Shown one piece after another: positions 24,655 to 37,300 of a DNA stretch of 64,000 nucleotides. The translations under genes and the position numbers were made by a program. The stretch is taken from the NCBI GenBank assembly GCA_016748015.1, contig JAAOMT010000369.1, positions 124,001 through 188,000 on the forward strand. The letters are read 5' to 3'. The first letter of the stretch is position 1. The number at the start of each line of letters is the position of its first letter. Source of the DNA: Geosiphon pyriformis uo1. Its lineage: Eukaryota > Fungi > Glomeromycota. The notes below the pieces were generated by a model. That model was not told the DNA's origin. It ran no database searches and saw only the letters and a program-made list of their open reading frames with translations.

Positions 24655-27600
24655 TTAATTTGATGTGTTTGGTTCAATGACTATGATTGGTTCCAGATCT
24701 CATGAAATCTCATCTGGTTGAACTAGTATTCTTTGTACTCCTAATTGTGGAATGTTATTGGTAGGTGATGATGCTATCTGGTGATATTGTTTCAGTCAAT
24801 TACCATGTGCTGCTTTGGCTAAGATTTTGTTGTTTCATCTTAATTTATAAGCTCCATTTCCAAGAATTTCTTCTATGTGAAATGGTCTATTCCATTTGGG
24901 GTCAAATTTTCCACTCCATTGTTTTTCCGCTTTGGTACAATGTAATAGTACTTTGTCTCCAATCTTGAATTCAACTGGTTTATTTGGTAGTTGGTTATCA
25001 TGTCTTTCTTTTTGTTTCTCTTGTGACTTCTGAATGTTATTGGCTGCTCTTTGTCACTTGTTTTCTAGAGTTTCTATCAAGTTATATGTTCTTTTTAGTA
25101 ATGTTTTCTGAAAATTATCTTCAATTATTGGTTCCACTAGATAAGTATTGACTTCTATCTCAACTGGTAATGTTGCTGTTTTACTGTATACTAATTCAAA
25201 TGGTGTTGCTTGTGTAGTGTCTTGCTTCATTGTCTAATAAGCAAATAATACTGATGGTATAAACAAATCCCATTCATCCTGGTTTTTTTGACTGATCTTG
25301 GCAATTGCTTCACACATTGTTCTATTGAATCTTTCTACTAATTCATTGGTTTATGAATGGTATGGTGATAACAATAGTCTTTTGATTCCGAATCTTTGAC
25401 TTAATTCTGTCAGTGTTTTGTTCACAAAGTAAGTTCCTTAATCTGATAATAGTTCTTTTAGACATCTATGTTGACAAATCAAATCTTGATAAACAAATTC
25501 GGCAACGGATTTTGCATCTGCTTTTTAAATTGCTTTTGCTTCTGGCCATTTAGTAAGATAGTCTATGGCTACTGCAATATATCTGTTGCCTCTGCTGGTA
25601 ATTGTTAATAGTCCAACTAAGTCAATCCCAATTTGATCGAATAGTTGTCCTACTTTGATTGGTCTCAATGGTTTGCTGGGTTTTGTCCCTTCTTTTTTTT
25701 AACAAGCATCACAATTTTGAACATATTGGATGATGTCTGAATACATTGATGGCCAATAATATCTTTTTCTAGTTCTTTCCATGGTTGCTTCTTTATAAAA
25801 ATGTCCTGTTGTTGGATCTGAATATATATTGAACAATATTGTCTCTTTTTCTGGTTCTGTAATTACTCTTGTTGGCTGGTCTAAATTTCTTCTGTTTTTC
25901 TGGTAAAGTATATTTTGATGATTAATAAAATATTTTGATTGTTGTTTTATGTTTCTTTGTTCTTTTTGAGATAATTTCTCTTTGAACAATTGGGTATTTA
26001 TATAATATTGTAGTTGTTAGTATTTTTGTGTATTCATCTTTTATTATATTTTTAAGTTAAAATGTTTTTAAATTTGTCTTATTTACGACAATCTGTTAGC
26101 ATTTCCATTGTCTTTTTCCTTTTTATAATGTACTGTATAATTGAATGGTAAAAGTTCTATTTTCTATCTGACATGACAATTGTCTGCAAATTTTTGTTTC
26201 TGAATTGAAGTCAATCTCTTATGATCTGTATATATTTCAAACTTTTGGCTCAAGTATTTTTTTTATTTCATAACTGCCCAATAAATTGCTAAATGTTCCA
26301 GTACTGGTGTTCCATAGTTTTTTTTGGCTGGACTTAAGCTTCTACTAGTGTAAACTACTAGATGTTCTCTTCTATCTGGTCTTTTCTGTAATAGTACTGT
26401 TCCCAATGCTTGACCTGATACATCCGTAGTAATAATGAATAGTTTGCTGTGATCTGGATACATCAATACTAGAGCTTAAATAAGCTTTCTTCTCAGTGTG
26501 TCGAACGCCTCTTGTTGAGCTTCAGTCTATTCATACTTCACATTTTTGGTTTGTAAATGGTGAAGTAGCTGGGCTAGTTTAGAAAAGTCCTTGATAAAAC
26601 ATTGATAATAGCCTGTAAATCCCAAAAATGCCTTTAGTTTTAACAAGTTTGCTGATACTGGAAAGTTCTTTACTATTGCAATCTTATTTGGATCTGTTTT
26701 GATTCCATCTTTGCTCACTATATGTTCTAAAAACTTGAGTTCAGTTTTTCCAAAGAAATATTTGGTTGCATTTAGCTTTAGTCTGGCTTTTTTTAATCTT
26801 TTAAACACTTGTTGGAGATAATGCAGATGATCATTGAATGTTTTTAAGAACACATTGGTGTCATCCAAGTATATGACTACTGATTTCCATAGTAATCCAG
26901 TATAGACAATTTCCATAAACCATTGGAATGTTGCTAGAGTATTTATCAATCCGAATGGCATGACTTCAAACTCAAAATTTCCCTTTCTTGTGGTAAATGC
27001 TGTTTTTTCTTTGTTGGCTGGGTTCATGGCTACTTGTCAGTAACTACTATCTAAATCCAGTATTGAGAACCATTTATTTCCTCCAAAAGTGTCAAATAGT
27101 TTTTAGATCTTTGGAGTTGGATAGCTATCACTCTTTGTTACTCCATTCAGTTTCTGGTAGTCTACACAAAAGCAAATTTTCCTATTTTTCTTCCAGACTA
27201 GTACCACTGATAACGACCATGGATTTATTGATGACTGAATTAGCTCATTGTCAAGCATTCAGTTAATTTCTTGATGAATAATCTCATGGCTAGCTGGTGG
27301 TACTCTGTATGCTCTTTGTTTAATTGGCATTGCATCTCCAGTTTTAATTTGATGCTGGATTATGTTAGTTCTGCCAAATTTATTTTCATTGGCAAAGATG
27401 TCATTGAATTTGTTGAGTAATATCTTTAGTTGCATCTGTTAGAGTGGGTCTAGATTCCTCATGTTTATCTGTTTCAATTGTTCTGGTTAGAGCAAATAAC
27501 ATTTGCTTCATCCATAAATGGTTTGTAATGTGATGTCCACATATCCACAAAGTTATAGAAAATCTGAAATGTGGTTTGGTGGTTGATTCTCAACTTTGGT

Positions 27601-30600
27601 GGTTAAATATTCAATAATAGTTCTTTTTGGTATTTCAATAACACTTTCTGTTGTGTTGTAGAGGAGAATTTTGATATTTTTGGGGCTTTTGGCTGATATA
27701 TAGAGATTAGTGAGTCCAATCTCTCCTGATTTGCAAATAGTGGCTTCTGCTTCAAACAATTGAGCTTGATCCTTTACTTCTCTTTTTATAGCTAACATAT
27801 ACTGGTCATATGGCAGAATAGAAATTGTTTGACAGGTTGAGATAATTTCTTCTTTGTCAACAATTTTTTCTTCTGTCATATTAACTGGTATATTTATTCT
27901 ATTCATTGATCCAAATCTCTGTATTTCTCTAGCAGTAATCCCTAATTTTTTTTTGTTTTTCACTGATATTAGCTGAGCTACTTTCACCAGAGGTAAAAAT
28001 ATTGACTGTGCTATCTTTTCATTTGGATCTATAATATATGCTTTTTCTGAGTCATTTTGTAGCATAGTAATGATATTTCCTACATATTCTGTGTCAATTA
28101 TTCCTCCTCTGATGTTGATTCCTCTTTTTGCTAAACTACTTCTGGATGCTAATTGAACCATTGTTGTTGCTAGAATTTCCAGCACTATTTTCAGATCGAT
28201 ACAAGTGTGCAAATGAGGTTCCAATTTGATAAAATTTTTCCCCAGATATCTCAAATCAAATTCTGCATTAGTATTATGTACATGTTCAGGCATAATACTT
28301 TCATTATTATTGCTGAACCATTTCAGTTCTTGCTTTTTGGTAAGGTCAGGGAGGGTAATATATGTTTTGGAGTTTGAATCGGGGTCCAAATCATTGTTAT
28401 TTTTGTTGCCGTTTTAAGTGGAGCTAGAACCAGTGTTTTTGTCATCATCGTTGTTGGAGTTTGAATCAGAATTAAAAACTGATTCCAATTCTAATATGCA
28501 GCTGCTTATTGGTTTGTCTTCTTCTGGGATTGTGTAGATCATGCATGGTGGTAAATTGTAAATGAGATCACACTCTTTACAATACTGAAAGTCACATGGG
28601 ATTAAGTAATATTAACATAATTAAGTGTTCAACTGCTCTAAATGCTGCTCTTGTTCTTCCTTAGTGAGTGCCAAATGCTGGTAATGTTCATGGAATTCTT
28701 TTGAGTTATCTTCAATGTTGCCAAATATGTCAAAGATTTGGATGTATTTGGGTTCAGGAAGAGATAGAGGGTTGTTTTTGATTTCCAGTAGTTTGCTGGT
28801 AGTTGTGCCTTCTGCTTTCACATACACCATTCTCCAGAGTTCATGTTTGTTGTGGAGATATCCTTCCAATTGTTGCAATGCTCTTTTCTAGGTGTCATTA
28901 ATTGGTGTTCTTTTGCTTATCCAGTCATTAATTAGAATCATATACTGACACATCTCGTCACATATTTCTCCACACCCAGGAATGTCATTCCACATTCCTT
29001 TGTCAGACAAAATGGTTTCACATGCGAAACACAGTTGGTTGTCTCACTTTTCTTGTCATTTTGGTCATCCAAAACATTCTATGACACATGAGTGGCAATA
29101 GAATTTTGTTGCTATGGAGTATTCCTTGTCGTTGCCACAGCATATGCCCATTGACAACAATTTCTTGCCGCAATTGACACACTCTAATTTTGGTTAATGA
29201 TAATTGGATGGTTGTGATAAAACATAAGTGTATAAACTATAAGTGCTACTGGTGAGAGTGGTTTCTTTTTTCTTCTCCTTTCCCTTTCTCTTGTCTGTTT
29301 CTTTTCACTCCCAGTTTGCTGATTTGTCTTGGTTGTTATCAGTTTCTCAGGCTTGGTCAATATTTCAGGTAAGTTTTTCCTTCTGCTTTTTTTGTTATTG
29401 TTGTCCCAGAAGAGTATTGGCGGCAACTTGTTGTGGTTTTCATCAGCCCAAGAGACTTGGTACACTTCCCAAGTAGATTTCTTTTTTTCTTTTTCAAACT
29501 CGATGAGTGGTGCTGATGGCATGGTGATGGGCTTGAAGTGGCTACACATAGCTGGTACACATGTGTATTGACTATTTTGACTAAGCTGAAGCTCTTGGGT
29601 GTTCTAATTGAGTGTTACATGGGTTTTGGGCAGCCAGTTATTGCCAATGAGTGCTTGGTACTGAGTGGCTTTCATAACTAATACCTTGATTGGTACAATA
29701 ATGCCATTGACTTCAATAGATAGAGCATCTATTTTACTAATTGGTGTCTTGGTGGCTCCATCAGTGGTAATTATCCTTGCACTGGCAGCTCGATTAATTT
29801 GGTGACCTAATTGGTTCATGAGCTGTTTTGTGATGATGCTGCCAGTTGATCTACTATCTAGGATCAGTTTGATAAACTAACCATCAATTTTGGCATCTGT
29901 GTACATTACTGTAATAGGTTTTTCCTCGAGTGTGGCTCTACTGAACAAAAAAGTTTCTGTCGGTTCCTCAATTTTGAAAGAAAATATAACTGCTAGAGAC
30001 TTATCTTCTGTGACAGTGGCTGGCAGAATATTGGTAAGCAGTTACTTCTGTTTGGGTTCCCAGTTGTTGGATGAGGCATCTTCTGGATTAACCAAAAGAC
30101 TTAAATAGTTCTGAGAACTCGGGTTTTGAGTATACCCAGTTCCTGAACTCCACTGTCATGATCCGTATGGCTGGTTGGGTAAACTGAAGATTGGTTGGTG
30201 AACAACTATTGCCAATTTCTAGTTTTGGGTGACTCTCGATCTAGGGTTTTCTGATGTCATTTAAGCTGGGTTTGATGGTGGTGTTTGAACTGTAGGTGTC
30301 TGATAAATTATTTGTGGCTGTGGTGGTTGATATATTATCAGTGGCTGCAGTTGATAAACTGGAGATTAATATACAGGTGGTTGATATATTGGCTGTTGTG
30401 TCATTGGCAAGTAAGTTGGTTGATATGTTGCTGAACTTAATTGATAACTTGGAGTTGGAAACCTGTGATCAAGGTTTTGATATTGATTTCCCAATCATTG
30501 GTTTTCTATTTTTAATTGACAATCAATTCTCAAATGTCCTTGTTTACCACAGTAGTAGCAGATATGCATTTCTTGCTACCACGGCTAATTGGATGATGAT

Positions 30601-32294
30601 AAAGAATGCGACTGATTTTGTGGACAATTTGTGATTCCTAAATTATTGTGTTGTTGGGGTGGCTGATAAATTGTGCGATTGTCAACTAAGTATCTCTTTA
30701 ATTATTGATTGATGGAATCACTGAATTGTTTCAATTTGGAATCCAATTCAGATGATCCATTCATCATTAGGTTAATGGCTTGGACATGATTAGCTTTGAG
30801 TTTAGCTGCTTCAAAATTTTGGGTGTTGGTAACTGCGGCTTAAAGATTTGCTGGATGCATTAGACATACACGTTGGAGGATGCTACTGCACAGGTCTCTA
30901 ATAAATTGGTTTAGGATTTGTGGTGCTGTAAAATAGTTAACCTGGATTGCTTGAATCTGGTGCAAATTTCTATGGAAGCATCCTAGGTAAGTAGTAACTG
31001 TTTCATTTTTCTCTTGTTTGATAGTGGTGAAAGTGTTTGCTAGCTGATTAATATTATTATTGTTGTTAAAGTATTGTAGGAATGCAAGCTTAAATGCAGC
31101 AAAATCTTGGAGTTTGTTAGCCAAGCTTTGATACCATGAATCAGCAGTATCTTGGAGAAAATAAAAAATGGCCTACATGGCTTTGGTGTTATTCCAGCTG
31201 TTGGCTGTGATGGCTTTCTCCACATTGTTTAGCCATACTTGGGTGTCATCTTCTTTGCTGGTGAATTTCTCAAGTTTTGCTATCAAAACATAGGCTATTG
31301 GATCGACGTTTGGTTGTTGCAGTTGTTGTTGCAGTTATTGAAGTGGCTGCTGTGGTTGTTAAGGTGGTTGAAGTAACTGCTGTTGTTGTTTGTCAATTGG
31401 TAGAGCTGGATTAATCACGATTACTAGAGGTAAGTGTTGTTGATTATTGATGTTGGGGTTTCAATCATTCTGATTGTGCTGTGTTTGAAAATTTGGAGTT
31501 TCAATTTCCAAATTTTCCAAATTTAGATTTTGCTGAGTCTGAAAATTCAGGGTTTTAATGTTCAGGTTTTCTGTGATCAGGTTCTGGTAAGTAAATTCTT
31601 GATCTTCAAATTCTTTTTCCTCTTCTTTTTGTTCTTCTTCTGAATCCATTACTTCCCAGGGACTTGTAGTTCCAAAATCTGGTTGCAGTAATAGAGATTG
31701 AAGTTCTGATGACATTGGAGATTGTGACTTAAATCCTTCAAAATATGCACCATATGGTCTTAGAAGATTTTCTTTCTTTTGTTTACTCTGAAATGGGAAT
31801 CATCCAAAGGTTGATGTCACATGTGATGTGGACGCACCTGTTGATGTAATGTTAATAACACTTCCAGGTATATAGTGGTATGATGGATTTATTGGTAATT
31901 CAACTCTGGTTTTCTTTCAAGTGAGTGGTTGTATTTGTTTTGGTGTTACTGTTGGTGTTTGTAACCTTCCTTTGTCTTTGTTTATGTAGGTGATGGGGAA
32001 TTGTTGTTGTGTGTATCTTTCAATGGTTTGGTTGATTTCCCTAATAATTGGTGCAAAACTGTAGTTTCTTGGTAAACTGGTGTGTTTAAATAATTCTGTA
32101 TAAAAGTTTTCTCTTCCAGCTTCAATGTTAACTGTTCCTCCTAAGCAGTCTGTGATTTTATTATTGACATAGAAATTAAAGACTGATTCTGCTGAGAAAT
32201 GATTATTGTTCAATCTTAATTGTTGGCTATACTGTTGAAACAAAAATTTGGCAAATCCTAAATGGTTTGCTCCTATGATTTCTGATTCTGCCAC
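24655..32294 (-). pseudogene. Gypsy B gag-pol, ancestrally one ~2500-aa ORF
   Basis: CYYCGKQGHLRIDC knuckle; PR LILDSRS..IGNNWL; RT KTAFTT..MPFGL..YLDDT; RNase H TDVSG; IN GHF..CDAC. Only one frame change (~29390, A-run), at a point that is in frame in A. Confidence 0.93.
27904..28326 (-). pseudogene. dUTPase domain within Gypsy B Pol
   Basis: Five trimeric-dUTPase motifs: AEFDL, RSSLA, GGIIDTEYVG, EKIAQ, REIQRFGS; the frame is still open. Confidence 0.93.
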
Positions 32295-32337
32295 TTTTGG
32301 ATAATTGTGGTTGGTGCTGGTTTTTTGTAAGATTATA

Positions 32338-32354
32338 CCTTACAGAGAGCACCA
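32338..32354 (-). promoter_or_regulatory. Primer-binding site of Gypsy B
   Basis: TGGTGCTCTCTGTAAGG 2 nt from the 5' LTR. Confidence 0.85.
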
Positions 32355-32356
32355 AA

Positions 32357-32950
32357 TATTACAGATGTTTATTTGGAGTTTCAAGTCAAATAACAAATCT
32401 GTAACTTGGTGCTTGGTTGGTACTTGGGTGTTAATATCTAAAGGTTTTGGTTAATCTGAAGATTTGGTTGTGGAGTTCTTTGTATAATGGACAGAGATTT
32501 AATAGTTGTTTTCAGTAGTCTCCTAAAATTGCAATTCCATCGAATTTCTTTCTCAGCATGGTGGCCAGTAATCTTCTTGGTAAGCTATCCTCAAATCTAT
32601 AAGTGTTCTACCCTTGTTTTACGGGTTTTTTACCAGTCTCTATGACATCTGTATCTTAGCACTTAATCCTTAATCAATTTAGTAAAACCAAAGAAATAAC
32701 AAAAAGAAATAAAAGCAAACAAAAGAAGATAAAGAAATAAATAGAAGCAATTGCAAATTAATATTCCGTCAATAGCCATGATCAAGAGCTATTGTTCCAA
32801 TATGGTTAAATATCAATTACTATTAACATGAAGTGTTAATAGCAGAGAGTGGGTTGAGATAGTAAATAAGTATTTATTGATATTTGTGATGTGGAAGGTT
32901 TTGAACTGATAGATTCTGCTTTTTTTACTTTTAATGCTACTGTTATATAT
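32357..32950 (-). repeat. Gypsy B 5' LTR, R/U5 portion
   Basis: Aligns to 23194-~23787; ends inside the TATATATA box. Confidence 0.93.
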
Positions 32951-33630
32951 TGTTATGGGTTAGAGTAACAAGCTAATAGATAACAAGAGAGAACAAGATT
33001 GTAGGGTGATGGAAATAATCAAAGAGAATTTAACTTCAAAGAGTGAATTAAATAAGTATGGATTCAATGTGTGAGATCAGTCTCATAAAATATCTCAGTC
33101 ACTATATTTTTTAAAGATAACCGGGGAATCTGAAGGTAGAGGAATAGTCTATACTGTCAACAAATGATCACACTTAGTATAATTTTATGCCTTACATTGA
33201 CACTCTTAGAATTCAATATCAAGTATCAGATGTGTTCTTCAGTTATATTTTATTCAATAATCTTCAAATGTTACAATTACACATTTCAGGAAAAAAGTAA
33301 AAAATAACCAACAAGTAATCTTTTATCTTTAAGATGTTCAGATACTTGAAAGTAGGGAAAGAAAAATTAGCGATAAGGGAAGAATTGAGATAAAAGTTGT
33401 TATTTTATTTATTTAATTTCCTTGATTTTTTACATGCTTTTCTACAGCTAAAAAATTCATCGCTTATATAGCTGTCAAACGTAATTAATGATCAGGTCAA
33501 TGATCAGGTCAACAGTCAGGTCATTGATCAGATCAATGATTACTTTCTAAAAATAGAATGGCTAATTTTTATGACATCATTGGCTAATACATGTAATAAT
33601 TAATAAGAAGTATAAGTTTCAACTGTAACA
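32951..33630 (-). repeat. Gypsy C 3' LTR (680 bp)
   Basis: TGTTA..TAACA; ~5 copies of 12-bp GGTCAATGATCA at ~33485-33541; PPT adjacent. Confidence 0.95.
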
Positions 33631-34255
33631 TTATCCTTTCCAAAAAGATTGAGCTTCAGCAAAATCAAGCTATTCATGGGATAATCTATTTGAAGGGTTT
33701 TATCTAACTCAAAGCTAACTAGTTTGTTGAAGTTTTTTGTAGATAAGATATATAACACTTGAAGTGAAATGAGTTTTATATTTAAGAGACCAAATCTTTG
33801 TATTAGAGTTTTGGCTCTTTTAGCAATAGTTAAAACTCTTGAGACATCTAACCGTATAATGCCCAAAATTTCTGCCTGTATTTCTGAAGTTGTTTTTTTC
33901 ATGAGTTTCATATCCTCTATGATTTCACCAAGATGACCATAGAGTTTTAATTGCCTTCCATATGAAAGTTTTTGTCTATGGGTAAGATTTTTTAAAGTGT
34001 TTTTTCAATTGTGTTGGAAGGTAGAAGTATAGCTGCTGTTATACTTTTCAACAGATATTTATCTATTTTACTACCAATTCTTTCTCTTCTGGTAGTAGTT
34101 TTCTTTGGTCTAATAACAGTATGTGTTCTGTTGTTATCAGTTATGGTAGTTTGTTTTCCAATGATCAAAATAGCATTTGGATAGTTTTTGATCCAATACT
34201 CATAGAGAGTATAGAAGACATTTTGAATGTTTTGATCCAGAAAATAATTGTTCAT
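33600..34255 (-). pseudogene. Gypsy C ORF3, ~215 aa, unknown function
   Basis: ORFs 33992-34255 and 33600-33911 join via one frameshift (..RQLKLYGHLGEII..VLTIAKRAKTLIQRFG..ISLQVLYILSTKNFNKL); intact ATG; TATAAATAAAT at 34291-34301 (minus). Confidence 0.75.
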
Positions 34256-34349
34256 GTTGATTGAAAATACCTCTATTTTGGAAATAGTGCATTTATTTAT
34301 ACTTGATTTTTGCTAATCATTTGAGTCGGTATTACCACAACAAGCAGTC

Positions 34350-37300
34350 AATCAGGTCATTTATGATATTTCTTGAGTCATGTACCATGAACAGGATAAT
34401 CATTGAAGATTGTTCTGAATTGATCTTGAAGAATATAAGAACCATTGTTCAAAACTTTGTTGACTATAAAGGGTCTTTTCCACCAGCTAGAGAATTTATT
34501 ACCATAAACATTGTTTCTATCTAAATAGTATTCCAATACCAAGTCACCAATACTTAAAGAAAGTGTTTTATAGGTTTTCTTTTTCTTAAGCTTTTTTTGG
34601 AACTGTTTTATTTTTTCAAAAGCAATTATTCATGCTTCTACCAAGGAGTTAAGAATGGTACCAAGTTTTTTTTGCAAAATGTCTTTGTAATTCCTTATTG
34701 TGATCTTTTCAGAGAATATTGTTTCAATATCAGTTTCTATTGGTAGTGTTGTCATGTGTTCATAGAACAGATAAAAAGGTTCATAACTTGTTATGTCATG
34801 ATTCACAGTTCTATAAACAAACAAAGCTGAAGGCAGTACTTTGTTCTATAAGTTTGTTTCTTCACTGGTTTTGGCTAGGGTTTTACATAATGTTCTATTG
34901 AAACATTCTACTAGGCCATTTGTTTGAGGGTAATAAGAAGAAGAAAGTTTATGACATATTCCCATTTTTCTACAAAGTTCTTCAACCAGTGTACTGAGAA
35001 AAGCTCTTCCTCTATCAGATAAAAGTTCTTTGGGGCAGCCATGATGGCAGATGATATCTTCATAAATGAAATTGGTTATTGAAACTGCTGTTTGGTCTGG
35101 GGTGGCTCTTGCTTCTACCCACTTTGTAAGATAGTTGGTAGCTGTGATAATATATCTGTTGCCATTAAGAGTGATTGTTAAAAGTCCAACAACATCTATA
35201 CCAATTCTGTCAAAGGGTTGACCAACAGAGATTGGATGGATATCTTTTTTGCGATTGGGTTTGTCTCTTCTTTAGCAGATGTTACAAGTTTTAATGTATT
35301 CAGTAATGTCTTTTCCCAAGGTAGGCCAATAATAACGAGCTAAAGTTTTTTGAATTGTTTTTGTTTTTCCAAAGTGTTTAGCTAATGGGTTAATGTGCAT
35401 GTTATATATTATAATTTCTTTTTCTTCAAATCTGATGACTCTTTGGAGGTGGTTAGAATCTTTTCTGTTTCTTTTATATAATTGGTTCTGGTGGATCAAA
35501 TAGAAATTTGATTGTTTGTGCAAATGTTTTCTTTGCTGTCAAGTGTATTCTGGTGGGTATTGTCTTTTACCCAAAAATTCTATTAAGGCAGAGTAGTTGT
35601 CCAAGTTCATTATTGTGTTTGTTTATAAAAAAGTTACTAATAATTAAGTTGGTTTGGTTTAAAAGGTTGTACTGTCACTGGATGGTAAGTCTAGATAGAG
35701 CATCAGCATTTTGATAATTTGCTCCTTTGCAGTGTTGAATATCATAGTTGAATTCATCCAAGTGAAGTATCTAGTGAGTTATTCATTTGTGTTCCAGCTT
35801 CTTTTTATTGTGCAGCCAAACCAAGACTTGATGATCTGTTACCACTAAGAATTTTGCACCAAGAAGATATTGATCCCAGTAGCTAGTAGCCCAAACTACT
35901 GTTAGACATTCTTGTTCAGTAACTGAATAGTTTTTTTCTGCTGGTGTAAGGAATCTACTGGCATATGCTATTGTATGTTCTCTGCCATTTTCATCTTTCT
36001 GTGAAAGGACAGCACCAAGTCTATAGCCAAATGCATCAATGTGGAGAATAAAAGGTTGATTCAGATCAGGTTGTTTGAGAATTGGTTCAGTAATAAGTTT
36101 TTCCTTCAGAAATTCAAAAGCTTTTTGTTGATGAATGCCCCAGTGATAATTAACATTTTTTCTAAGTAGCTAATTGAGAGGAAAGGCGATTTTGGAGAAA
36201 TTTTTGATAAATTTGTGATAGTAAGAGGCCAAACCAAGAAAAGAGCATAGTTCAGGAACATTTATTGACTGTCTAATGTTTTGGACTTTTTCAACTTTAG
36301 CTGGATCAGGAAAGATTCCATCTTTTGTAATAAGATAACCAAGGAACTGGGTGGATTGGCATCCAAAGAAAGATTTGATTGGGTTGATCTTAAGGCCAGC
36401 ATTTCTGAGCAGGTCAAAAACCTTCTGTAAATGTTCAAGGTGTTCATCCCAGGTTTTTGAATATACTATTATGTCATCCAAGTAAACCAGAACAAAGTTT
36501 TTCTTTACTGATTCAAACACTTTATCCATTAGGTGTTGAAAGGTGGGAGGAGCATTGGTGAGACCAAAAGGCATGACTGTGAATTCATAGGTGTTGTACT
36601 TGGTGATAAAGGCAGTTTTTTTTCTGCTTTCTGGATCCATCTCTACTTGTCAGAATCCAGCAGTTAAATCAATGATTAAGAAGAAAGCAGCATTATTGAA
36701 TTTATCTAGCATTGCATCAATTTTGGGGAGTGGGTACATGTCTCTTATAGTGATGGCATTTAATTGGCAGTAGTCAATACAGAAGCATAGAGTTCCACTT
36801 TTCTTGAATACCACTACAACTGGAAAAGCCCATTTACTCTTGGTTTCTTGTATGAATTCAAGATCTTTCATCTAGTTTATCTCTTTCTTGATAAACTCAT
36901 CATTGTGTTGATTGGATTAATAAGGCTTCAAATGAATGGGGTGAGTTTCTTTGGTGATGATGGTGTGTTGTATCACATGGGTTCATTCAAGGGTGTCACC
37001 TTCTTTTGAGATAACTGGGCTATTTCTAGCCAACAGATTTTCAATGTCCACTTTTCTTTCTTTAGAGAAAGGTTCTCTTTGTTTTATAACTAGTGATTGG
37101 ATTTCAGGTGGTTTATTCTCAAAAGACTTTTGTACTTCTTTAAGTTTTTCTCAAGGTATCAAACTAATTGGTTTCCAATCTTTGTAATAGATCAGACAAG
37201 ATTTGCATTCATCACTTGGTGAATACAAAGGTTTATTGCACTAGTACCATGCACAAGAGCCATGCCACCAATAACTATATTTGGCTTTCTTGCTAGGTTT

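Noticed and set aside
29890-30634. Antisense ORFs in the ORF track (e.g. 29890-30108, 30296-30634, 19908-20204, 34303-34524)
   Set aside because: Shadow frames of TE coding strands, with no motifs and no evidence of independent conservation
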